Below, in pieces: positions 1 through 10,223 of a stretch of 20,030 nucleotides of DNA. Position 1 is the stretch's first letter. The number at the start of each line of letters is the position of its first letter. The position numbers and the translations under genes were made by a program. The notes beneath the pieces were generated by a model. It ran no database searches and was not told the DNA's origin. It worked only from the letters and a program-made list of their open reading frames with translations. This DNA is from Ginkgo biloba (lineage: Eukaryota > Plantae > Ginkgophyta): the NCBI GenBank assembly GCA_024626585.2, contig JANKJI020000002.1:64623848-64643877 (forward strand). The letters are read 5' to 3'.

Positions 1-530
1 GCTAACAGTCATGTTGGGAGGGAGAGAGACCCTTACCTAGCTCTATGCTCATCACAGACGGTGGCAAACCAGGAGATATCCAGACGAAGGCGAGGGTGGT
101 ATAGTGAGGTTACTTCTCTATTCCAAATGATTGGGATCTCCATTGATAGATTGCCTCCTTTCATATTCTTTCTCTACACACCTAATCCTCTGCTTACCAA
201 AAAGGAGATTAATCATTACATTCAAGAGGATAATTAAAGAGCTTACCTCCACACCACATGGATCTCCCCAACTAGACTTCTAGTCCAAAAATGGTTTTCT
301 ACTCTAACCACTTTCTTTGTTTATCGGAGAGCAATATCATTGATCCACCAGGATACACGTGCCAACACATATCACATGGCTTACAATTTCCCATTGGCTA
401 GTTTAGAGTTTGTTTCCATCATCTTTGGGTAGAGTTTCAACACCATGTGCCTAGAGACTTGTACATTTGCAGGCTTTGTTTATGAGGGGTAGAGATGGAG
501 GAGTATTTTATTTTTAGGTGTCTTGTTTTC
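1..530 (+). mobile_element. Degenerate non-LTR retrotransposon (LINE) ORF2 C-terminal region with CCHC-type zinc knuckle
   Basis: Hand translation, with stops and a frameshift, gives DPYLALCSSQ..GWYSEVTSLFQMIGISIDRLPPF (from 28), then PKMVFYSNHFL..YTCQHISHGLQFPIG*FRVCFHHLWVEFQHHVPRDLYICRLCL*GVEMEEYFIFRCLVF (~286-530). This matches the LINE post-RT motif LR.SSH.L.IE...PR..RIC.LC...VE.EEH.IF.C, with the His replaced by Tyr. Confidence 0.72.
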
Positions 531-2391
531 TTATTGAGTTGGATGGGTTCGTTTGCTTGAGAATTTCTACCAAATTCTTTCATGTTGAATGATTTGTCTC
601 CCTCCCTCTTTTTTCAACTTTTGAAGTTGGAATAGATCTCCTTGTTTCACTAACATTCCTTCCAATCTTTGAATATGTCATCATCAATTTGATCCATATC
701 TTCTTGTAATCATGCTTCCATTTCCTCTCCACTATAACATCTCCCTATTGGATTTATCACATCCCCTATATTGTNNNNNNNNNNNNNNNNNNNNNNNNNN
801 NNNNNNNNNNNNNNNNNNNNNNNNNNNNNNNNNNNNNNNNNGGGATGTCAACTCCTTTCCATTTTAAATGCCATAATGAAGTAATTGAACCCTCTGCCCT
901 TGGTTTCTAGCAAATTATTAGGAATAGTTTTTCCCTTTGTTATTGGAAGATTTTAAGAAGTTTTGTTTCTTTGGAGTCTTGAGCTAAACGGTTGGAGCTC
1001 AAAGTGTAATGCAAAGAGTAAAAGTAAAGGAGAACCTTGAATCTCCTTTGGCATTGATCTAGTTCTTCTCTACCCCATTCTATGTTCGCATTTGCAACTG
1101 AAAGATGTTTGTGTTTCCTTGACCCTGTTCCCTGTTCGCATCTACAACCTAGAGAGGACCCCTTTCGTGTTCCCTAACTTCATTCAATGTCTAAGGGATC
1201 TCATTTTTGGCATCGTTTTGGTTTCCCTAACTTTGACGCGTGCATCGTTGCATTGTTGCATTTTTTTTTTTGGCGGGGGTGGTGGACTTAGAGGGTTCAG
1301 AGGGGTCGGCTCTTAACTCGTGGGTTGCTTTGCAGTCTTGGCTAAAGAACGTTGGTCTTAGGAGAAACATTGGGTCCGTAAAGTAAAGTCAGCTTGTTCT
1401 TCCACCAGATGAACCTATATGAGCCAGTTGGGGGCCTAAAGAGAACCTCTCCTACACTGCGCTCTGACAAGACAACCTCTCTAAAGGTGACTAACAATCG
1501 CCTTTGAAGCTAGTTCTCCCATTTGCATTCTAAGTCTTGCTTATGCCCATTTGTGAGTTCTTGGACATATGACATAGCTTGCAATTGCTGCCTTAGGATG
1601 GCTCGACAAGTATTGGATCATTTTTCTGTCTGGGCGAAGCCAAAGAATCAAGTACAAGTGCAAATACACCCAAANNNNNNNNNNTTCCTCTGCTCTTAAA
1701 TTGCATTATCTCTATGTTTGCAGAAATGTCTCTTTGCGTGGTTAGCCCTTGTTCTATTCTCTGTTATTGTTTTCTCCAATTTGGAATCCAGTATGGATGA
1801 CTTGAGGCTGCTTCCAACAGTTAGAAAAATCGACAACCTGACTCAGTACCAATGATTGAGGTTACTAATTCGAATCTCAAAATTGGAGAAGTTTGAAAAT
1901 GGCCTCAAGATAAAGTGAATAAGCATCAAACTCTATCTAATCAATGCATTTGGGGGTTTTGCACTTACAAAGCATTATACATTAAAACATAATTGTTTGT
2001 ACTCTCTCAATATGTGTCCAATATTTATGCCCAAGGCTCAATTCCTAGATCTCTAACCTACAAAGCATAATGGGTTTAACATTTGCATCAAAAAACGGAG
2101 CTAGAAACGTTATTTCCCTCAAAGTGCAAAAGATACATATCACTTAGACAACCTAGAGTGTGAAGTAGATCTCAAGCTAAAGGATTGTGAGTCGAACACC
2201 CCAATAAAGAATAAAGTGGTGATCTCCACAATCTATACTTTCAAGGTGAATTGAAGTCTAGATAAAGCATCTCTCATCATATTGAAAGACNNNNNNNNNN
2301 NNNNNNNNNNNNNNNNNNNNNNNNNNNNNNNNNNNNNNNNNNNNNNNNNNNNNNNNNNNNNNNNNNNNNNNNNNNNNNNNNNNNNNNNNNG

Positions 2392-2993
2392 ATTAACACT
2401 TTGTCAGAAATCATTAAAAAGCAAGAGCAAATGCTTGCAGACTAGAAGATTCTAATCCAACTACAAGCGAATCATATTATAGAATTGGAGAATAAATGAC
2501 AGCCTACCACAATCAAAGACCCCAAAGTCCAATCCCTCCAGGCTAAAGTGACATCTTTACGAGATGAAGTGATCTCCACTAGAAAAAATCAGCAGGCGCT
2601 GGTCCAAGAATAAGAGACTTGCACAAATGTGGTCAATGGGGAAGGCGAGAGGTCCCCACCCATAGTGAAAGTGGTTGTCCAAGCCAAATTTGATGAAGAA
2701 AAGATGCGCTAACACAAAGTACTTAACCTTCGACTTAGAGGCATGCCCATTACTAGAGAATCTTTGTCTTCAGGGAAAAATGCATCCTCTTCACATTACC
2801 ATGTAGGATCTTCATTGATGAAGACCTGATTCATATGCAACAAAGTGAGCTTAGAGTTGCTAGAGTGGAGGTCTAGGAAGCCTGAAAGCAGGGAAAATGG
2901 GCAGTGATCCGAAATTGTAAGGCATGGATCTATGATAGCCCCCTGGCTAGATGGACCAAACCTTGGCCACCTACCTCCTCGTCGAGGAAATGA
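2392..2993 (+). mobile_element. Degenerate LINE ORF1 (coiled coil + RRM/CTD-like), 5' end lost in gap
   Basis: Frame 1 reads INTLSEIIKKQEQMLAD*KILIQLQANHIIELENK*..VQSLQAKVTSLRDEV..KFDEEKMR*HKVLNLRLRGMP. After a deletion or frameshift it reads RIFIDEDLIHMQQSELRVARVEV*EA*KQGKWAVIRNCKAWIYD. NLRxRGxP and IFxxEDL..K.GK.A are typical LINE ORF1 motifs, and the region lies directly upstream of an APE domain. Confidence 0.65.
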
Positions 2994-3020
2994 TGCTAGA
3001 TACCTGATGAGTCCACAGAT

Positions 3021-3682
3021 ATATCCATGGCAGTTTGGAACTGCAATGGGATGCTATGGTCCTCACTCGGCATAGTACAAGATGTGATAGGACTTAGGGA
3101 TCTAGTTTTGTTAACAGAGGTTCATGAGAGCTTGGAGAGTGCCCTTCGACATGTGAGTTGATACACATGGGTTTCCTGATGCAGAAAGGAAACACAAAGA
3201 ATAGTTGGTGTGTGAGGCTTCAAGAGCAAGGTGAAATCCTTAGCCAGTTCAATTAAGTTGGGGGGGGGGCGGGAAATGAGCATGCCTAGTTCTTATCGAT
3301 TTATATCGATAGATTGCCTACCCTCCAATGTGTGTTTATTAAAGTTTGTTTTTCCTACCTACATCATCTAGGTTCATCACTGAATCTGATGGGGATTCAC
3401 GATTCATAGTTCTCTACCTAGATCTCTTGCAGTTCTTTACTCAAGGTGATGTCATGGTGGTTCAAGATTTTAACACTAGAATAGGTTCCCTTCAAACACC
3501 TTTATATGATGCCAGGACTGACCCTCTTAGGACTAGAGAGTTAAATCCCACAGAGCTTGCATTTCATAGATTCTCCTCTGACACGACAAACATCACTCTA
3601 TATGGTAAGCTTATGCTTGATTTGGGCAAGGCTCATAATTTGATCATTTTGATAGGTATTGCTCGTTCCCCCAATTTTGGCC
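3021..3682 (+). mobile_element. Degenerate LINE ORF2 apurinic-like (APE/EEP) endonuclease, truncated by gap
   Basis: ISMAVWNCNGML..DLVLLTEVHES (WNxNG and D..L.E motifs) from 3021. ORF 3346+ contains GDVMVVQDFNTRIG (GDFN motif), then SSD..TLYGKLMLDLGKAHNLIILIG (YG..LL.L....L.ILNG motif). Confidence 0.85.
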
Positions 3683-4050
3683 NNNNNNNNNNNNNNNNNN
3701 NNNNNNNNNNNNNNNNNNNNNNNNNNNNNNNNNNNNNNNNNNNNNNNNNNNNNNNNNNNNNNNNNNNNNNNNNNNNNNNNNNTGTCAGATAAGAATTACT
3801 CAGGACACTGCAGTAATGAACTTGTAAACTCTTATCACTTCTTTTTTAGATTTAATGAATGTTTTTTAGATCTTAGGCAAACTTATGCGCAATTTGCTAT
3901 GTTAGGTTCTGTTCTATTCATGAAAGTAATTTAGATGAAATGATGGATTATGTATTACTGATGAAGCTTCATCATCAGTCTCACTACGAAAATTGTATTT
4001 ACATTGCTTCTTGGATGTCCAATGAACACAATTTCCTATATTTTCTATAG

Positions 4051-4086
4051 GATGGTTCTAATGCAGATTGCAAGGAAGTAGAATAG
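4051..4086 (+). other. Candidate small exon (DGSNADCKE, or DGSNADCKEVE*)
   Basis: A good pyrimidine-rich acceptor (tttcctatattttctatAG) ends at 4050. It is followed by a weak possible donor GAA|GTAGAA at 4077/4078 or an in-frame TAG at 4084-4086. Confidence 0.2.
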
Positions 4087-4234
4087 TAGCCTATGATCGT
4101 GAAAGCCAGAGCACTTTTTTCCAAAACCTTTTCCTTTTTTGGCATTGTAAACCGAATACTGCAATTGCTCAGCGCACAATAATTATGTCATGAACAACAA
4201 ATTTATGCATGAGGTGTCTAGATTGTGATGTTCA

Positions 4235-4387
<153 letters not shown>

Positions 4388-4722
4388 TCATCAGAATTTG
4401 ACATTGAATGAAATGAGTAAGTCGTTTTTCTTTTTATATGATTCTGTTGATGACCTTGTCCCTCTGACTTTTTGCCATCCATCCAAACATACTCATTTTG
4501 TGCTATATACATCCCTTCTTTTGTGCTTGCAAGTTGTTGTCATACCATTCAAGAACATATTTTTCATTCCAGTTATCTTACAGTACCAAGTTCTTGTGTG
4601 ATGGATAGCTTGTCTTTAATAAGCTACCTGTTAAGTCTAAAAACTAATGGATAAGGGACGGATGCTAGATTTCAAATATCACGGATAGCTTTTGGAGCAA
4701 CTTTAGTCTCAACAATTTACAG

Positions 4723-5729
4723 GCTTGACTCTGCATGAGTGTGGAGGGAGACACAAACGGAACATTGTTGCAACCGGAGAGGGTCGGTGACTTGTCAGAA
4801 AGCCAGGATTCACAGAGGTCGCTTTTCAGTCGACAAACAAAAACTAGTCTTCCTGAAGTAGATGAAACAGATAGGTCAACAACCACAAAACATATCCTAT
4901 CTGAAGGGTTTCCGGCAAAAGATGTACATGCTTTTGGAGTCAGTTTAAAAGAGCCTTATATGAAGGTCACCAAAGTGGAATCATTAAAATTGACAACTTT
5001 GTGGTTTAGAAATAGAGGTGGGCAGCAACAGTGTCGAAGCTAAGTCTATGTTGGATTGCTTTATCAATTCAGATTGTTCCAGTGAAGCATGCCAACCTGC
5101 ACAACACAGTCATGAGGTCTCTTTGACAGAATTCAAGAGTGGAAAAATGTGAGTTGGCTAGGCAAGAAAGTATTTAACAGAGTCTATACCAGCTTGTAGA
5201 ATTCAAAGAATGGTCCTTTCAATGTGGCATGCCTGTGCCAAAATTAGCAAGCTGGAGAAAAGAGTTTGCACACATACCACGTTAGGAGATAAGATTATGA
5301 CTGCTTTGCCTTGGTGGACTCAGAAGACCCGAGAAAGACAGAAGTTGAGATGCGTGTTTCTTTACTGGTTTGTTCAAACTCTTCGATTGAATGGGAAAAG
5401 AAAGGGTATGAAAGGGGTGACCTGTATGTATGATTCATTCAGGCATTGTTGTTTAACAAAACGGCCTGATTCCTCTCAGAGTAAATCTGCATCTTCCAAT
5501 TCTTCTTTCTAGAAATGAAATTCATGAACTCAGTCTACTGCCATCAGGTTATGATGAAAGCATGAGAGGAGGCTATCAGTACTGGAATCTTGGAACAGGC
5601 TGCATGCCACCTACTCCTAAGTTAAGTAACCCAGGAACATATGTAGGATACGCTATGAGACAGATGGGAGAATGGCAGGACAGTCATTTTGGACCAAAAC
5701 TGTCAAGTAGGGCTATCCATGCATTTCAG
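4723..5729 (+). pseudogene. Large disrupted exon of an unidentified host-type protein (S/T/E-rich region, then F/L-x-x-W helical motifs)
   Basis: Acceptor tttacAG| at 4722. A near-continuous reading path runs frame 1 (A*LCMSVEGDTNG..VESLK), frame 2 from ~4994 (QLCGLEIEVGSNSVEAKSMLDC..GKM*VG*ARKYLTESIPACRIQRMVLSMW..LRCVFLYWFVQT..), frame 3 from ~5457-5510 (..GYDESMRGGYQYW..SSRAIHAFQ). It ends in phase 0 at CAG|GCAAGT. Three in-frame stops (4726, 5150, 5159) and two frameshifts; no TE motif recognised. Confidence 0.5.
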
Positions 5730-7382
5730 GCAAGTTTTGCACTTCTATTTTTGTAAAGACACCCAAGCTGTACATGAGTTTGTCTTCCTAATTTTGTGTT
5801 GGACATGAATGTTGTAGATATTAGACTTCGCTATTGGTAAAATTGCATGGACATACAAAGAGCACATAGTGCTTGATCTGACTCAGTTTTAGTGATCATA
5901 AAAGGATATAGTTTTTTAATGTTATAATGCTTAAAGCTCAAACAGCATGATTCGAGAATATTTCTATCTGCAAGGAGAGAAGCGTGAATCATCTTATGCA
6001 TTTTTGTTTCTGTAGATTATTTGTTGTGCTTGACCTTTCTGATATTTGCTAAATGCACATACTTATTGGGATTTGAAACTCCTCCCCCTCTCACTTTTTT
6101 GGAAAGCATGCTAGTGGTAGATTCTCTCGCTTCTCTATGCAATCTTATTGAGGCTATCCTCTTTTCTGGACACCAAATAAGAACATATTGTGTTAATTTC
6201 AAAACAAAGCTTTGTAATAGTGACCAAATAGATCTTTAACATCCAAAACATGGACCTAGTCTAATATGGAGATCTGTGGTTTATATCTCTGGCTGCTTTG
6301 CTAGTGTCTGGGCACAATAGTATCATCTAGTAGTGCTCTACTAATTCATAACTAGCTAATATGTTATGAAACATAATATTAGTGAAGAAAAATTTTAAGT
6401 TTTATATTAGCTTCTTATATACTCGTATCTTATTCTACTGCCGGAAATTCTACTGGAGAATCTTATTCTAGCGTCACGCCTATCAGGATATAGGACAGAG
6501 GATCATTAGACATCGAGTTGCACCCCACCAACAGCTGCCATAACACCACCTTCCATCATTAGACAGGAGAAAACCCTCATGGGGAATAAAAACTCTAGAA
6601 TGGTATTANNNNNNNNNNNNNNNNNNNNNNNNNNNNNNNNNNNNNNNNNNNNNNNNNNNNNNNNNNNNNNNNNNNNNNNNNNNNNNNNNNNNNNNNNNNN
6701 NNNNNNNNTGTATTCATGCATCCTGAATGAATATCAAGCTCATAGTTGGAGCGAAGAATTATTTATTTTATTCATAAATCAATGATATGCTTTACATTCT
6801 CAATTGACTATTTATACATTACAAAGAGTGAAGGTGCTTTAAGCATTGTGATCTTTCATGATTCATAATCATGACTTTTGATCATAAATGTATCATTTGT
6901 TACAATGACATCTTAGACAAACATTCGATGGACTAATCTACTTGCAATCTGAAAACATCTACAATCCAATCCACTACAACCTTGATGTCTTTGTTGGAAC
7001 TTTTGTGATTATGGTGTGTTCTAGTAGCAACTGAAGTAGAATTGGCCAAAAGCATAGCATCTAATTATGTTCAATACTATTGCAAACAAAACTACTGCAA
7101 TTGGAATGTGTCAATTATCTTGCATATATTGACCTTGTTACCTTTTCTGAATTTGTAACTAATTTTCTAACCTAGTTGTATGTTCCCTTTTCTTCTTACC
7201 ATATTCAATGGTTTCTCTTTTTCTAGATTTTTTCAAGCATATGTTGATGTGGGGGAATGAGATAAAGGGTGTTGATTAGAATGCTTAGTTCTCACTTGAA
7301 TAAATAAGTTGTCAAACTAACATGAAAACTTTAGAAATGCCAATGAAAATTTTGAATTGCTTTTAAACTTTTGGTTGTGCAG
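5730..7382 (+). other. Candidate GC-AG intron (contains a 100-N gap; may hide further exons)
   Basis: Donor CAG|GCAAGT matches the GC-type U2 donor consensus; acceptor ttttggttgtGCAG|G at 7382. The interior is AT-rich and both flanks are phase 0. Confidence 0.4.
6720..6980 (-). mobile_element. Possible solo-LTR-like remnant inside the intron
   Basis: A reverse-strand TATA-like TGTATAAATAG (ctatttataca at ~6808-6818) is preceded on + by tttattcata..taca, and the stretch ends in ..ctacaac. This pattern is typical of an LTR read in reverse. No PBS, PPT or TSD was verified. Confidence 0.2.
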
Positions 7383-7454
7383 GCATCATTAGAAATGGAG
7401 CTTGAGAAATTACAAGATTTGATTTTACAAGGAACGCAAGCTCTTCATTGTGAG
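7383..7454 (+). CDS. 72-nt internal coding exon, coiled-coil-like (ASLEMELEKLQDLILQGTQALHCE)
   Basis: TGCAG| acceptor, GAG|GTAGAG donor, open phase 0-0 frame, heptad-like Leu spacing, and T-rich intron-like flanks. Confidence 0.55.
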
Positions 7455-7881
7455 GTAGAGATCCTTAACTTTTTCAAATTGTCACTATAATAGTGCATCA
7501 AATATCTTTCAATCATTCTGCATTGGATAGCACTTATAAGTGGATTGTTGTTTTTTCATTTTTGTCAAAATCTTAGCCCTTGTCTACAAGGGAATTTTAC
7601 ATGCAACACAATTCATATGATGTATTATCATCTCCTTTAATGAACTCGGATGTGGATTAGTTGTTTGATATAATTTTGTTGATGATTGGAAAGGAGAGGA
7701 ACCAAGCCTTGTCATTAATATGTGCACAAGAAGATTCCTCCTTATCAGTTCCTCTTAATATTTTATCTCTTTTTTGTCAGANNNNNNNNNNNNNNNNNNN
7801 NNNNNNNNNNNNNNNNNNNNNNNNNNNNNNNNNNNNNNNNNNNNNNNNNNNNNNNNNNNNNNNNNNNNNNNNNNNNNNNNN

Positions 7882-8060
7882 CAAGAGTATACGTTCTTTG
7901 TCACAAGTTAAATAGCTACGTACAACAACTAAAAATGTCGTTGGATGGTACCCTACTATCATTGTTGTTAGATTAGAATTGAACCCATTGCATATCCAAA
8001 AGCATTTGCATCTATTTCAAATGACAAATTTATGTCAGGGACTACTAGAACTGTTGGTAG
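7882..8060 (-). mobile_element. Ty3/gypsy pol fragment: RT connection / RNase H-like domain (degenerate, frameshifted)
   Basis: PTVLVVPDINLSFEIDANAFGYAMGSIL resembles APVLALPD..KPFEI.TDAS.YA.GAVL. The shifted frame IVGYHPTTFLVVVRSYLTCDKERILL resembles PVAY.S..F.....NY.T.DKEL.AL. Confidence 0.85.
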
Positions 8061-8599
8061 TGGGAATGTTCCCTTTGAAATAGACCTTTTGCTCAACCAC
8101 CTAATGTGTACCAGGTGCAAGGTTAGTACAAAAACAAAGAGAAGATTGCCATAGTGTGTATTAAGTAAGGGAGACACACCGTCGAGTGATTTACATAAGA
8201 TCACTGTCCAAAGTTGAATTCGTCGATTGAGAAGCTTTGCTCGTTATTGTTGCACCTATGTGGCTGCCAATGGCAAAGGTTATTCAAATTCAAGAGAGTT
8301 TGTATTAGTGAACAAAGAAGCTACCAAAATTGAAGTACTTCATGTGGATAACTACTTAACATGAATTGATTTCATGTTAGACACAGTCACTAGAATAGAG
8401 GTNNNNNNNNNNNNNNNNNNTCTCAATTCTATTAATCTGACAATTAATTATACATAAAAACAACAAGGGAAGGAAAGAGTTGAGATAGAAATGCTCCCAA
8501 AATGTTGATTGAGAAGCATGCTCTCCTCCTCTCCTCTTAATCTTCTCCTTCAAGGCAACAGTTTGACATGATATCCTTGAGGTTCAAGTGTCGTCCCTT

Positions 8600-9830
8600 A
8601 GTCACTTGTATGTTTGGTCTTTTATAGATTAGTAGAAGCTTCCATATTGATAATGGGAGTCTTCTCTTATGCATTGAATAGAGATGCTTGCATAATGCAT
8701 TGGATACAAGTAATTATCATCTTCATCGAAAAGGGATAAATAGTTGTTCCTATTGTTAAGGATTGGTAGCTGAGAAACTTACTTGAGTAAATGTGAGGAA
8801 ATTAGTTTTTCACCAAATGAAATTTAATAATTACCCTTACATGTTTTAACTTCAAGATCAACTTTCACTTGAGTCACTTGATTGGGTCAATATGGGGTTA
8901 AACCAAGTCCACTTGGACTAAGGTTTTTCTTTACAATTTGTATGCACCCTTGATGAATCAGGGCAGAAGGGTGTGGATGGATGAAATGCATCAATAAAAA
9001 TTAGATTTTGCAAAGTTTGTAATATGAGGTGGGATTTACATGTAGAACATCAACCTATATTTGGGCGGAACGCATATATGAATTGATTGGTTGCTATTAA
9101 TTTTGTCGTTGGGAGGAGAATAAAGTAATGAAGATGTCATTGACCTACACCCAAGAAGATTCCAATTTAATACTCCTTTCAGTATTTCTTGTATTTTTTT
9201 GCACGAGTCAGACATGTCCCATTCTCACAACATGTTGATTAGGGTTGGACAGGTACCTCTTTCAAGGCTAAATAGATGTTAAAAGGTATGGAGACCATTT
9301 TATACAATGAGGAAAAGAGTCTATTGGAAAAATCTATCAGAATTGATGAATCAAACTAAACCATGCTAAAAAGGCATAAAAAGAGTGGGTAGTTTGGATA
9401 NNNNNNNNNNTGTCGACAAAGTGATAGCTAAAATGAAATAGATCTATGCCACTACACTAGCTAATGCAAAACTATAATATCTTGAAGGTTGCAGAACGCT
9501 TGTCCACGAGTGAAATTTCGACATCAATAGGACTACCTTGGGCATATTGAGAAGTGGGATGTCGCAGAAAGAGTTGTGGAGTCAACATGACATCAATAGT
9601 TCAAATGAGAATTTCAACGTTATTTGAAGGCTTAAAGAGGTGTAATTACCTTGGAAAATAAGTAGATGTTGATAAGATAGCTAGTAGCTTGTAAAGAGGA
9701 TTTACCCTAGGAAGTGAGGTGGTATCAACAAGGTTACTTGGGTTCCAAATGAGGATTTGGAAATTGCAACCAATTGCTGAGAACCAAATTGGCGGTTGAT
9801 GAGTTATTGTCTTGGAATAGGTGTTGAGGC
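8600..9830 (+). mobile_element. Decayed reading-frame relic, possibly an accessory ORF of an LTR retrotransposon
   Basis: Protein-like segments broken by stops: WTKVFLYNLYAPLMNQGRRVWMDEMHQ*KLDFAKFVI*GGIYM, YIWAERIYELIGCY, and DYLGHIEKWDVAERVVEST*HQ*FK*EFQRYLKA*RGVITLENK*MLIR*LVACKEDLP*EVRWYQQGYLG. Boundaries are approximate and no domain was firmly recognised. Confidence 0.3.
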
Positions 9831-9832
9831 TA

Positions 9833-9873
9833 AGGGGACAATGATTTTGATGTTTGTCCCCTAAAAAGGGGGA
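9833..9873 (+). repeat. 9-bp inverted repeat followed by a PPT-like purine tract
   Basis: AGGGGACAA (9833-9841) pairs with TTGTCCCCT (9854-9862), then AAAAAGGGGGA (9863-9873). Confidence 0.7.
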
Positions 9874-10223
9874 TTAAATTTTAGAAATGAAGAGCTCATA
9901 GGAAATTATGGGTTCAAACTACTTGAAGAAATATATCCAATAGACCTCAAGGAGCTCTCTAGAATTTTATATGTTGATGAATCCTCAGGCGCATTTTTTA
10001 TGAGTGATGAGGACACTAACTACATAAGTGGCTTTCATTTTGGGTTGAATTCATATTATAATCGATGCTCCTAAACTAGTATTAGACTAAGTTGATGGAT
10101 TGAGAAGATTAATGAAACATAACCTTAGGGGATTAACATAAAGTAATATAAGTCTATTCATNNNNNNNNNNNNNNNNNNNNNNNNNNNNNNNNNNNNNNN
10201 NNNNNNNNNNNNNNNNNNNNNNN

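Noticed and set aside
540-774. Minus-strand purine-rich, gag-like reading frame (EEMEA*LQEDMDQIDDDIFKDWKEC**)
   Set aside because: It has several stops and no diagnostic motif, so it cannot be assigned.
842-2290. LTR/UTR-like repetitive DNA and ORF 1092-1316
   Set aside because: No termini, PBS, PPT or protein domain could be identified, and the ORF runs through T and G homopolymers.
4726-5161. Stops repaired by U-to-C RNA editing, as in fern and hornwort organelles
   Set aside because: The sequence is nuclear (spliceosomal-type sites, retroelements), and frameshifts are also present.
6016-6239. Exon or ORF after the strong acceptor at 6015
   Set aside because: No convincing donor, intron-like composition, and the phase-0 frame stops after five codons.
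9680-9790. Chromodomain-like word KVTWVPNEDLE
   Set aside because: The upstream chromodomain motifs are not in frame, no integrase is adjacent, and an alternative frame reads more continuously.
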